From: Bdellovibrionota bacterium
Lineage (GTDB): Bacteria; Bdellovibrionota_C; UBA2361
NCBI GenBank assembly: GCA_044352465.1
Contig: JBILDU010000028.1
Coordinates: 1 to 32,062, forward strand
Length of the DNA stretch: 32,062 nt
Direction of reading: 5' to 3'
Under the pieces are notes generated by a model. The model searched no databases. It saw only the letters and a list, made by a program, of their open reading frames with translations, and was not told the DNA's origin. Within the stretch, counting starts at the first letter, position 1. Each line of letters opens with the position of its first letter. Of this stretch, positions 8,512 through 17,913 are shown one piece after another. The translations under genes were made by a program, and so were the position numbers.

Positions 8512-11301
8512 ATGGCCATTTCTCGTATTTTCCTCGGCTGGAATCACCAGCTCCTTCACGGAGCGCGGGACTATTTCGCCAAAAGATTTACGCACGGCCA
8601 AAAACTTGATCTGCAAGGAGTGACCGTCGTTTTCCCCGGTGCCCGCGCGGGACGACGGCTCACCGAACTCTTCGTCGAGTACGCGGAGCAGCACGAATTG
8701 ATGTTTTACCCCCCCCGCTCGATCACGGTGGGTGCCCTCCCCGAACTCCTCTATACCCCGACCGCCCCGCTTGCTGGAGATCTCGCCAGGATGATAGCGT
8801 GGTTCCAGGCACTCCAAGACTCCGACGATGTGCTTCAGGAGCTCATGCCAACGATCCCCTCGAAGGAGGACCTCGGTGCATGGCTCGGGCTTGTGCAACA
8901 AATGCTATCGCTCAGCGACGAACTAGGAGCCGCCGGACTCTCCTGCGCCGAGGTTGCTGCGCGTGCTCCGGAGCTCGATCTATTTCACGATGAACGGTGG
9001 GGAGCCCTCGCCGCGATCGAGGCGCGGTACGAGGCGAAGCTTCTACAGCACGGCACCATCGATCGGAACTCAGAGCGCTGTCGCGCCCTCGCTGAGGGAC
9101 GAATCACCGCTCCAGGGCCGCTCTTTCTGATCGGGGTCGCTGACATGAATCCCCTACTGCACGCGCTCCTCCGGACGGTGACGGGAGAGATCACGGCGTT
9201 AATATACGCTGATAAAGCGATCGCCGACCGCTTCGATGACCTCGGCTCGATCGCGGTCTCGAAATGGCTGGACGCACCGCTCCCGATTGCTCAGCTCACG
9301 CTCGAGGTCGCGCATGGCCCCCGGGATGCAGCCCAGGCAGTGCTTGATGTCATCGACCGTACGACCCCGCAGCCAAGCCCCGAAGAGGTCACGGTGGGGA
9401 TAGCTGATCCGACCCTGGGCCCCGTGATAGCGGAGACACTTGCCGCTGAAGGGCTGCCGACGTTTCGCGCTGAAGGAAGTTCGCTGACATCGACTGCGCC
9501 CCTTACTTTTCTCGATATCGCGGGGCGGTATGCCGCGAGTGGCTCCGCGCACGATCTGCGCTCACTCGTTCGCCACCCCGATGTACAGCAGTGGCTGCGT
9601 GAAGCGCCCGGAGTCGCGGCTCAGGAGCGGTGGATTTTGCTCGACTCAATCGGTGTGCTTGACCGCTATCACGAGCGACACCTGCAAGATCAGATCCGGG
9701 GCTCTGCGTATGGCGATTCATCGGTTGCCGAGTACGCTCGCCGCATCACCGGGCTTATCGATGAGCTCGTCGCCGAGCTTTTCGGTGCGAAGCGAGCGCT
9801 CTCTCAATGGGCAGAGGAGATCGCTGCAGTCGTGGCGCGTCTCTATGGCGAGCGCAAACTGAATCGTTTCGCCGAAAAGGATGCGCTCGTGCTCCACGGT
9901 ATCGAGGCGCTCCAAGGTGCACTCACTGAGATATTTCGATTCGATGCTCCCGAACTCCCACCGGTATCGGCGGCCGAAGCGATGCGACTTATCGTCAAGC
10001 TGCTCGGCTCTCGCACCGCTGAGTTGACCAAGAGCGGAGCTGCGATTGAGATCCTCGGGTGGCTTGAACTTCCTTTCGATGACGCCCGAGAGATCATCGT
10101 GACGGGCTTTAATGAGGGCTTTGTGCCGGAGTCTTTAAATAGCGACCCCTTTCTGCCGGAAAGCTTGCGACGCAACCTCGGCATTCTGCACAACGAACGG
10201 CGGTATGCTCGCGACGCATTTGCCCTCACCGCTCTCGCTGAGGGGCCAGCGCGGGTGACCCTCATTCAATCACGCCGCACCAGTTCAGGGGACCCGCTGA
10301 AGCCCAGCCGACTCCTTCTCGCGGGCGCGCCGACCGATGCTGCCCAAACCATCAAGTCATTTTATCGCCCTCTCGCCGACCGCGGGGAACCGGCCCACTC
10401 AACTGGACCAAGCGAATTTGTCGTTCCACCGCCACCAAAACGGCTCGATACACCGGTCACCGAGATGACGGTTTCCCAATTCAAAAGTTACCTCCAATGT
10501 CCGTATCGATTCTACCTCCGTCACCTTTTAGGGCTACAAAAGCACGACGATTCGGGATACGAGCTCTCGCCCCTCGATTTCGGAGTGCTCGCTCATACGG
10601 TCCTCAAACATTTTGCCGAGTCCGATGTGGTGGGTAGCACCGACGAACAGCGCATCGCGCGCTTTTTGGAGGAGGAGCTACGCCGCCAAGCGGAGCGAGC
10701 TTTCGGTCGTAGCGTCCTTCCCGTTGTGTTTATCCAGACCCGCCAGCTTCTGACCCGACTTCGTCATTTCGCCACCTGGCAGGCCGGCTGGAGCGCTGCG
10801 GGGTGGCGAATCGAAAAGACAGAGCTGGCAGTGACCGCCGGGGAAGTCCAGCTCGATCTCGGCGCGGGGCAGCCGATGACGGTCGTTGGACGACTTGACC
10901 GTCTTGATCGCAATTCGCGGACCGGCGACTGGGCGATCTTCGATTATAAGGTCTCCGACGGGGAACTCGATGCGCGACGGGCCCATCTGCATCCTTCAAA
11001 GGGATGGCTCGATCTCCAACTCCCGCTCTACCACCTCGCTTTTGAGAAGAAGGGCCTCGGGGAGTCGGCTCAGCTTGGGTATATCCTCCTGAGCGCCACG
11101 GGGAAGGAGCTTGTGTCGTTCGCGGACTTCACCCGGGCCGAGCTCGATGAGGCGGTTACCCGGGCGACCGATATCGCGCGGGCGGTGCGAGCGGAGATAT
11201 TCTTTCCCCCGACGAAGGAGCTGCTGCCCGGCGATGATTTCTCCGCATTATGTGGCATCGCCCAATTTCACCTCGGAGGAACTGACGGGGGGGCATCGTG
11301 A
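8512..11301 (+). CDS. addB: ATP-dependent helicase/nuclease subunit B-like (AddB; C-terminal PD-(D/E)XK nuclease)
   Basis: Helicase-like N-terminal scaffold, SQFKSYLQCPYRFYL, GRLDRLDR, IFDYK and LQLPLY. Overlaps the following helicase gene by 4 nt (GTGA). Confidence 0.85.
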   Translation: MAISRIFLGWNHQLLHGARDYFAKRFTHGQKLDLQGVTVVFPGARAGRRLTELFVEYAEQHELMFYPPRSITVGALPELLYTPTAPLAGDLARMIAWFQALQDSDDVLQELMPTIPSKEDLGAWLGLVQQMLSLSDELGAAGLSCAEVAARAPELDLFHDERWGALAAIEARYEAKLLQHGTIDRNSERCRALAEGRITAPGPLFLIGVADMNPLLHALLRTVTGEITALIYADKAIADRFDDLGSIAVSKWLDAPLPIAQLTLEVAHGPRDAAQAVLDVIDRTTPQPSPEEVTVGIADPTLGPVIAETLAAEGLPTFRAEGSSLTSTAPLTFLDIAGRYAASGSAHDLRSLVRHPDVQQWLREAPGVAAQERWILLDSIGVLDRYHERHLQDQIRGSAYGDSSVAEYARRITGLIDELVAELFGAKRALSQWAEEIAAVVARLYGERKLNRFAEKDALVLHGIEALQGALTEIFRFDAPELPPVSAAEAMRLIVKLLGSRTAELTKSGAAIEILGWLELPFDDAREIIVTGFNEGFVPESLNSDPFLPESLRRNLGILHNERRYARDAFALTALAEGPARVTLIQSRRTSSGDPLKPSRLLLAGAPTDAAQTIKSFYRPLADRGEPAHSTGPSEFVVPPPPKRLDTPVTEMTVSQFKSYLQCPYRFYLRHLLGLQKHDDSGYELSPLDFGVLAHTVLKHFAESDVVGSTDEQRIARFLEEELRRQAERAFGRSVLPVVFIQTRQLLTRLRHFATWQAGWSAAGWRIEKTELAVTAGEVQLDLGAGQPMTVVGRLDRLDRNSRTGDWAIFDYKVSDGELDARRAHLHPSKGWLDLQLPLYHLAFEKKGLGESAQLGYILLSATGKELVSFADFTRAELDEAVTRATDIARAVRAEIFFPPTKELLPGDDFSALCGIAQFHLGGTDGGAS

Positions 11302-14300
11302 CCGAACTCAACTCCCTTGCCCCTATCGTCATTCGCGCGAGTGCAGGTTCAGGCAAGACGTTCCAGCTCACCAATCGATTTTTAAGGTTACTCCTGCTAG
11401 GAGAATCGCCCGATCGAATTCTCGCGACGACTTTCACGCGCAAGGCTGCGGGAGAGATCGCCGAGCGTATCTTTACTCGGCTCAGCAACGCGACACTCGA
11501 TCCACGCAAAGCCCGCCAACTTGGTCACGAGCTTGGGTTACCCAAGCTCACCGAGCACGATGCGGGAGCGGCGCTGCGCAAACTGGTGCTGCACGAACAT
11601 CGGCTTAATATCTCGACCCTCGACAGCTTCTTTCACGGGATCGCCGCGGCTTTCGGCCTTGAGATCGGCCTTCAACCGGGGTGGAGCGTCGCCGATACCT
11701 TTGGTATCGAGCGACTTCTCGAGGACGGGGTGAAGCGCTTCTGTAGCGATGCGGAGTCCGACCGACTCTCCCTGCTTCTCCAACTCATGCGGGGTGGCAA
11801 GTCAGGGCGACGAGTGACCGACGATTTAAAAGCGCTGATCGGGGCGCTACTCGACCTCTATCGCACCACCGATCGCTCGACCTGGGAATGGCTCGATGGA
11901 CGAATCCCTCAACCGGCGCGACCACTCGCCGAACTTATCGAGACGATCGCGCTCTGCCCTCCGCCGCTCACCAAAGAAGGGACCCCGCGGAAGAGCTGGG
12001 CGGCGGCTCTGACGAAACTCGCGGCCGGAGCGCGGGAACGTGATTGGACAGCCCTCTTCGAAAATGGGCTGGTAAAAAAAATACTCGAGGGCGCGACCTC
12101 CTTCGATCGGGTGGCGATAGCGCCGACCCTGAGCACGGCGGTGGCGGGTCTCGTGGAACACGCGGCCGCTGAGCTCCTCCCGATACTCGCTGAGCAGAAT
12201 CGAGCCACCTACACCCTCATCGGCGAACTCGATACGATCATCGAGGAACTGAAGCGCGGGGCACGGGTGCTCGATTTCAGCGATGTAAAGTACCGCTTAA
12301 GCCGCTCGGCTACCCTTGGCGCCCTGGATGAGGTGTATTATCGGCTTGATACTCGCATCGCCCATATCCTCTTCGATGAGTTCCAAGACACCTCGCGCGC
12401 CGAGTGGTCCATCGTGGAGCCGATGGCAGCCGAGATCTTATCGAAGGCTTCGGGGGATCACTCGTTCCTTTGTGTCGGCGATACGAAGCAGGCGATCTAC
12501 GGCTGGCGGGGCGGGGTCGCTGAGATATTTAATCAACTAAAGCGGCGGTGGAATTTCATCGCCGAAGTGCCGCTGGTAGAAACGAGACGGTGCGCGGTCG
12601 CGGTCGTGGAGGCGGTCAACGTCGTATTCTCAGCGATCAGTTCGAACCCAGCGCTCAGCCGATATGCCGATGCGGCGGCAGCGTGGGGAGGTCGCTTCGC
12701 ACGGCACCAAACGACGCAGAGCGACCGTGCGGGATACGCGGCGCTCGAAGCTATCGACGGCGACTCAGCCGAGGAAACACGGAGCCACATCGAACTGCGG
12801 GCGATCGACATCGTCCGGGATCTCCTCCAGAAACCGGGGGAGTTTTCAATCGGCATTCTTACCCGCGGGAACGCCGCAGTTGGGCGGTTGATGTTTGCAC
12901 TCCAAGAGGCGGGGATTCGCGCGAGTGACGAGAGTAAGAGTTCGCTTCTCGACTCGCCCGCAGTCGAGGCGATGCGAGCGCTTCTGACGGTCGCCGATCA
13001 TCCTGCCAACACGATGGCGCGATTTCATTTGGCGACGTCACCGCTCGGTGGCGCACTTCAGTACACCGACTGGCAAAGCGATGTGGCGACCGAGGCGCTG
13101 GGACGACGGGTACGCGAATCGGTTGTGGCCAGGGGATTTGGCGCGACCATCCGTGCATTCGCTGATCTGCTGATGCCAGCCTGTAGCGCTCGGGACCGGC
13201 TCCGTCTATCGCAGTGCGTTGAGCAAAGCCACCTTTTCCGGGCGACGGAGCCGACTCGGCTCAGCGAATTTAATCGGTGGCTCGAACACGTGGAGCTCGA
13301 AGGCGGCAAGAGCGAGCAAGTTCGGGTGATGACTGTCCATCAATCGAAGGGGCTTGAGTTCGATGTCGTTCTTTTAATCGATCTCGACGGGGCGATGATT
13401 AAGCGGGGGAGCTTCGATGCGGTCCCGATTCTCACCGCTTCCGATGACCCGACCGAGCCACCCACGCGGGTATCGCGGCGCCCCCGAGCGGAGATCATCG
13501 CGCTGAATAACGAGCTTCGTGGGATGGTTGAATTCGGTGAGGCCGAGGCGGTGAAGGATAATTTAAGTGTCCTCTATGTGGCGATGACTCGCGCACGCTA
13601 CGCGCTCTATATGCTTGTGGGCACGAACGATCGCGAAACCTCCCTCGGCAAGGTCCTCAGAAACGTCCTGGGAGGTGGAGACGCACCGGGACTACGATAT
13701 TCAACAGGATCGGCCAAATGGTTCGAACGCTACGAGCCTGAAAAGGGGGAGGTCGCCGAGCCGCGCACGCCACGCAGCGGGTCCGTGACCCTTGCCCCCT
13801 CCCCCACTCGGCGGCGACGGGGGTTGTTACGCGAGACACCGTCGGGGCGGGAAGGTGGTCACGAGGTCGCGGTCAAAGAGCTCCTCCGCATCACCGGAGG
13901 TGGGGCGGCGGATTATGGGCGACTGATCCACCGACTCTTTCAACAGGTTGAATGGGTCGAGGAGCTTCCGAGTGAGGCTGAGTTGCTGACGCTCCTGGAG
14001 CGGGATTTCGTCGGAGTCGAGAAGCCAGGGGACACGGTGCGGGAGTTCCTGGGGTTGCTGGAGGCGAAAGCGGTCACGGCGGAACTCAGTCGGACACGTT
14101 ACGCGATATGGGGTGCGGACTCCCTTGAGGTACTTCGAGAGCAGTCGTTCGCGGTTCGAGAGGGCGACGCCGTCATGACCGGTACCTTCGACCGGCTCGT
14201 CATCGGTCGACGCAACGGTGTGGTCGTAGCCGCTCATATTATCGACTACAAGACCGATCGGGTGAGGGACGAGGTCGGCATGACGACGCGAGTGCGGTAT

Positions 14301-14453
14301 TATACCCCTCAGATCGAGGCCTATATCGACGCGGCGATACAATTTACTCGCTTGCCGCGGGAAGCGATCGAAGCCACGCTGCTGTTTGTCACCCCAGGGA
14401 TGACCCATTATTTTAGCCCATCGATGACTCGCAACCGGCAGAGAAAGGAGTAG
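11298..14453 (+). CDS. addA: ATP-dependent helicase/nuclease subunit A (AddA; UvrD-type helicase plus RecB-like nuclease)
   Basis: Walker A ASAGSGKT, TFTRKAAGE, STLDSF, DEFQDTS, VGDTKQAIYGWRG, MTVHQSKGLEF, LYVAMTRA, and C-terminal GTFDRL...IIDYKT...Q..AY. Confidence 0.92.
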   Translation: MTELNSLAPIVIRASAGSGKTFQLTNRFLRLLLLGESPDRILATTFTRKAAGEIAERIFTRLSNATLDPRKARQLGHELGLPKLTEHDAGAALRKLVLHEHRLNISTLDSFFHGIAAAFGLEIGLQPGWSVADTFGIERLLEDGVKRFCSDAESDRLSLLLQLMRGGKSGRRVTDDLKALIGALLDLYRTTDRSTWEWLDGRIPQPARPLAELIETIALCPPPLTKEGTPRKSWAAALTKLAAGARERDWTALFENGLVKKILEGATSFDRVAIAPTLSTAVAGLVEHAAAELLPILAEQNRATYTLIGELDTIIEELKRGARVLDFSDVKYRLSRSATLGALDEVYYRLDTRIAHILFDEFQDTSRAEWSIVEPMAAEILSKASGDHSFLCVGDTKQAIYGWRGGVAEIFNQLKRRWNFIAEVPLVETRRCAVAVVEAVNVVFSAISSNPALSRYADAAAAWGGRFARHQTTQSDRAGYAALEAIDGDSAEETRSHIELRAIDIVRDLLQKPGEFSIGILTRGNAAVGRLMFALQEAGIRASDESKSSLLDSPAVEAMRALLTVADHPANTMARFHLATSPLGGALQYTDWQSDVATEALGRRVRESVVARGFGATIRAFADLLMPACSARDRLRLSQCVEQSHLFRATEPTRLSEFNRWLEHVELEGGKSEQVRVMTVHQSKGLEFDVVLLIDLDGAMIKRGSFDAVPILTASDDPTEPPTRVSRRPRAEIIALNNELRGMVEFGEAEAVKDNLSVLYVAMTRARYALYMLVGTNDRETSLGKVLRNVLGGGDAPGLRYSTGSAKWFERYEPEKGEVAEPRTPRSGSVTLAPSPTRRRRGLLRETPSGREGGHEVAVKELLRITGGGAADYGRLIHRLFQQVEWVEELPSEAELLTLLERDFVGVEKPGDTVREFLGLLEAKAVTAELSRTRYAIWGADSLEVLREQSFAVREGDAVMTGTFDRLVIGRRNGVVVAAHIIDYKTDRVRDEVGMTTRVRYYTPQIEAYIDAAIQFTRLPREAIEATLLFVTPGMTHYFSPSMTRNRQRKE

Positions 14454-14455
14454 TG

Positions 14456-14674
14456 ATGGAGATTCCGTACGAGCGATTGAGCGCCGAGGTGCTGCACAGC
14501 CTGATCGAGCATTTCGTTTTGCGTGAAGGAACCGATTACGGACACGGAGAGTACTCGCTTGAAGAGAAGGTCGCGACGGTAAAGCGACAGCTCGAGCGGG
14601 GTGAGGCGATCATCGTCTTTAATGCCGAGGATGAGAGCTGCGATATCAAGATGCGGCGAGGCTTTGGAGGCTAA
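14456..14674 (+). CDS. yheU: YheU (UPF0270) family protein
   Basis: IPYERLSAEVL.SLIEHFVLREGTDYG..E.SLEEKV..V..QL.RGEA.IVF is the YheU signature. AGGAG RBS upstream. Confidence 0.9.
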   Translation: MEIPYERLSAEVLHSLIEHFVLREGTDYGHGEYSLEEKVATVKRQLERGEAIIVFNAEDESCDIKMRRGFGG

Positions 14675-14755
14675 GGTTTAGCTCCCCCCACAAAAAATCA
14701 GTCTCCCCGGACTAAACGCTCGCAACGGCGGTCGCGAAATCGCGATTACCGAGGC

Positions 14756-15433
14756 ATGAATACTGAAATTATAGCGATTGAAGATGAGCGCCCCCGCGAA
14801 AAGCTATGCCGACGGGGTGCGCATGCCCTCACCGACACCGAACTTGTTACTATCGCCCTCGGGACCGGAATTCCCGGGACCAGTGCCCGCGAGATCGCGA
14901 CCGAAATCATCGCGGTCCTTGATAGCCAACGGGGAGCGGTCGAAATCGCAGCACTTGAAGCGATCAAAGGGGTGGGGCAAGCAAAGGCAACGCTCATCGC
15001 TGCGATGATCGAATTTTCGCGGCGCCGCATCCGACCAGAGGGGGTAAAGATACGCAGCGCTGGGGATGTGCTGCCACTCCTTCATCACTTCGGTGACAGG
15101 AAGCAGGAGCATTTTATCTGTATTACTTTAAACGGTGCGCACGAGGTAATCGCTACCCGGGTCATTACGGTGGGACTTCTTAATACCGCGCAGGTCCATC
15201 CCCGCGAAGTGTTTAGCGATGTGCTCATCGATCGAGCGGCGGCGGTAATCTTCGCCCACAACCACCCCTCAGGTGACGTGACCCCGAGCACTGAGGATCT
15301 CCGAGCGACCGAACTTCTGTGTACCGCCGGGGACACGCTTGGCATAGCGGTACTTGACCACATCATCTTTAGCCGGCGTGGATTTACGAGTTTAGAGGAG
15401 AAAGGGCTCATACGCAGAAAGGGGCGTGGCTGA
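14756..15433 (+). CDS. radC: RadC family protein (JAB/MPN domain)
   Basis: ERPREKL...AL.D.EL, HhH-like KGVGQAKA, VHPREVF, HNHPSG..TPS.ED and LDHII. Confidence 0.95.
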   Translation: MNTEIIAIEDERPREKLCRRGAHALTDTELVTIALGTGIPGTSAREIATEIIAVLDSQRGAVEIAALEAIKGVGQAKATLIAAMIEFSRRRIRPEGVKIRSAGDVLPLLHHFGDRKQEHFICITLNGAHEVIATRVITVGLLNTAQVHPREVFSDVLIDRAAAVIFAHNHPSGDVTPSTEDLRATELLCTAGDTLGIAVLDHIIFSRRGFTSLEEKGLIRRKGRG

Positions 15434-15453
15434 GCGTACGCAGAGAGGGCGAA

Positions 15454-15606
15454 TTAGGCGGCTTTGGCGTATCTTTGTTTACAGATATTGAACGCCTGTC
15501 CCCGGGTGAGCCCGGCGCTCCGGAGAAACCGGTAATCGGTCACAAAGAGACGCCGAAGCGAACCGTTCAGTAAACGACAGATTCGACGCGACTCTCGATT
15601 GTTCAT
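15454..15606 (-). CDS. Small basic hypothetical protein (50 aa), not in ORF track
   Basis: ATG..TAA frame MNNRESRRICRLLNGSLRRLFVTDYRFLRSAGLTRGQAFNICKQRYAKAA. AGAGAA purine tract 4 nt upstream with an AT-rich leader. Occupies an otherwise empty gap. Confidence 0.5.
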   Translation of the reverse strand: MNNRESRRICRLLNGSLRRLFVTDYRFLRSAGLTRGQAFNICKQRYAKAA

Positions 15607-15820
15607 AACGTTCTCTATAAAAAACCTGCCTGTTTTCGAGGCCTGCCGAACACGATCTCTGCCCCCTTATCCGCTCCGGGCCCCCGGATGATTCCAAATC
15701 GGCCGCAAGTCGTTGAAAAGACCGTCGGTCCCCATCGCGATGAGCTTAATAATTCGATGCTTTTTTGGCCCACTTTGAAGCGGACCGGGAACGATCTTTC
15801 GGCGACCGGTCAACCGTCGG

Positions 15821-17722
15821 TTACACCGCGATCTTCCTCAGCAATCCAACTGCGGCATCCACTGGCCGACGTAAGGTATCGAAGTGAGCGAGGTCGAGAT
15901 CGCCCGGGTTTATGGTCTGAGCCGCCACCATCGCCTGTAGCTGACGAATGGTCGGGTCGTAAAACGGTTGGTGACCGGGCGCACCGGGAACGTTTAAGAC
16001 CTCGATAATCGGCCGCTCTTCCTTGGAGGCATAAATGCCGTGAATCGAACCGGCGAGCTGACTATCAAGTAAGATTTGGTCGAACGCGAATGCCTCCGCA
16101 TGACCACCGGGGGCGAGGACGAACACACGCTTACTACCGATACTCGCGGCAACCGCGGTCTTCGTTTCAACGTTCAGCAATGAGGGGAGGACGGTCTCAG
16201 TGTACCCACCGGCGAGCTTGCGCGCTGGGATCTCCTCGCCGGTATAGGCAAGCTGAACCCGCACAAGCTCACTCGCAGAACGGGTGTTGGTGCGCTGTTC
16301 GTACGCGAGCATCTTCTCGGCCCAGAGCTCACTCCACCGCCCCGCCATGCCATCGGTACCTTTTCCGTCGATAACGATGGTGTAGCCTTTCTGGATCGCC
16401 CCCTCGATGAGCGCCTCGGAGTAGGCTTGCAGTTGCTCGTTCCAAATCGATTTCGCCGAACCACACAGGTAGATCGCCGGTTTCGTTGAAAGCCGCTTGA
16501 TCGTCGCCATGGTCTCGTAGCGCTCCGCGGCACCGTTCGCTGCAAGATCCTTCAAATATACCTCCGCAGCATCAACCCCCTCACGCCCCCACCGCGCCAT
16601 GGTCTCTCTGAGGTGATACACCGTACGGTGGGTCGCAACGATATTGTCGAGCAGAGCTAAAAACTTGTTGTCGACATCGCCCACGATATCACGCGGCCCC
16701 ATGCCACTGTCCATCATCGCATTGACAGCTTTGTTAGCAAAAACTCGGTACTCTGGAGTAATAACCCGGGAGCGAACATGCACGAGGTTCTCGGCATAGA
16801 CGCTTCCAATATACTCGACCGCTTCATCGAGACGCTCCTCGCCGAAGTGGTGGACCTGCGAGTCTACGGTCTTAATCGCACCACATCGCTCCATCTCGCG
16901 GATCTGCTCCAGTGTTCCCTCCCAGAAATTCCCACCGTCTGGCAGCCGCGAGGAAACCATCACGATTTGGGACGGGGGACGGTTTGCATCGAAGACTCCG
17001 ATCGGGCCCTTGTCCCTCAGTTGACGATTCACGAACTGGAAGCGGGCCTCAAACATGGTGCCGAGTCCGCCCGGCTCCATGAGTTGCACCAACTGCCGCC
17101 CCACCGCATGGAGGGCGAGGGTTCGATTCAGCCACGAATCTTGCGGCTCTGAGGCTCTGCCGTGTCTACTCAGGTCAGCGGGAGGCTCATAGTTCGCATG
17201 CTCCCCCATCAGCTTCAAAGTGACAGTCGCGATTTTAGCCGGCGCTTCGATACCGTGGATATTTTTGTAGGTATCTCGCGCGAGACGGAACGCCCGGATC
17301 GACTCTCCCATCGCGCCGGTCTCAGCTCCACCACACGTCAGACCGACGTCCATACCAACAAGCACCCGCCCCAGTTTCGCATTGAATCCCTTCATGGGGC
17401 CGGTGACCGCCTTATCGCGAGCGGTGCCGTTTACACAGATCATCGGCTTATCTTTGTATTCGTCGAGAAGATGGTAGATATCTTGGGTGTTAAAGTGGTG
17501 GTGGAGGGATTTCAGCATGCTCGCATCGAGCACCTTCATCGCATTGTTTCCCCCTAAGAGGAGGAGCGCGTACTCCGAGAAAACTTCAGCCACATTGAGG
17601 CGCCGATCCCCCATCGAGCTACCGCCGAATTCATTGGTAGCGGGAGAATCACCACGATCTGTCTTCATCGGATTTTGGAAATCACCTGACATTTCGATAC
17701 GCCTCTCTTTCACACGGGCCAC
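15821..17722 (-). CDS. Tandem LOG-family (SLOG superfamily) protein with two LOG-like domains
   Basis: Domain 1: ICVNGTAR...LGRVL...LTCGGAETGAMG...WLNRT...PGGLGTMFE...FWEGTL. Domain 2: IYLCGSAK...KGYTIVIDG...GMAG...FVLAPGGHAEAFA...PII.VLN...FYDP. Start is either GTG 17722 or ATG 17692. Confidence 0.75.
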   Translation of the reverse strand: MARVKERRIEMSGDFQNPMKTDRGDSPATNEFGGSSMGDRRLNVAEVFSEYALLLLGGNNAMKVLDASMLKSLHHHFNTQDIYHLLDEYKDKPMICVNGTARDKAVTGPMKGFNAKLGRVLVGMDVGLTCGGAETGAMGESIRAFRLARDTYKNIHGIEAPAKIATVTLKLMGEHANYEPPADLSRHGRASEPQDSWLNRTLALHAVGRQLVQLMEPGGLGTMFEARFQFVNRQLRDKGPIGVFDANRPPSQIVMVSSRLPDGGNFWEGTLEQIREMERCGAIKTVDSQVHHFGEERLDEAVEYIGSVYAENLVHVRSRVITPEYRVFANKAVNAMMDSGMGPRDIVGDVDNKFLALLDNIVATHRTVYHLRETMARWGREGVDAAEVYLKDLAANGAAERYETMATIKRLSTKPAIYLCGSAKSIWNEQLQAYSEALIEGAIQKGYTIVIDGKGTDGMAGRWSELWAEKMLAYEQRTNTRSASELVRVQLAYTGEEIPARKLAGGYTETVLPSLLNVETKTAVAASIGSKRVFVLAPGGHAEAFAFDQILLDSQLAGSIHGIYASKEERPIIEVLNVPGAPGHQPFYDPTIRQLQAMVAAQTINPGDLDLAHFDTLRRPVDAAVGLLRKIAV

Positions 17723-17787
17723 GATTGCAGGCCCCCTTCTCTTATATAGATCTCTGCATCCTTAACATACTGTTTGGGGCGAAATTC

Positions 17788-17814
17788 TTTTCGACGAGAC
17801 TCGCTAATGCCTTA
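17788..17814 (-). promoter_or_regulatory. Candidate sigma28-type promoter for the tandem LOG gene
   Basis: Minus strand reads TAAG-N15-GTCGAAAA (consensus TAAA-N15-GCCGATAA), about 65 nt upstream of GTG 17722. Confidence 0.35.
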
Positions 17815-17913
17815 TAAATACAGCTTTTTTACTCATGATCCGCTCTTCAAGCCCATTTTGACTTACTCTTTTCAACGCGTTACGAAGGAAGGAAAGTTTT
17901 CAAGGAAGGCGCG

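Noticed and set aside
8512..14453. Helicase-nuclease pair as a novel anti-phage or Cas4-linked system
   Set aside because: Size, order and motifs fit ordinary AddAB. No CRISPR repeats or cas genes are in the window.
14756..15433. radC as a marker of a mobile element
   Set aside because: It is the full-length housekeeping type with the PREKL N-terminus. No integrase, transposase, att-like repeats or tRNA are nearby.
15479..16008. Track ORFs 15479..15697 (-) and 15688..16008 (+)
   Set aside because: Composition typical of shadow frames. They overlap the better-supported 50-aa ORF and the LOG gene respectively.
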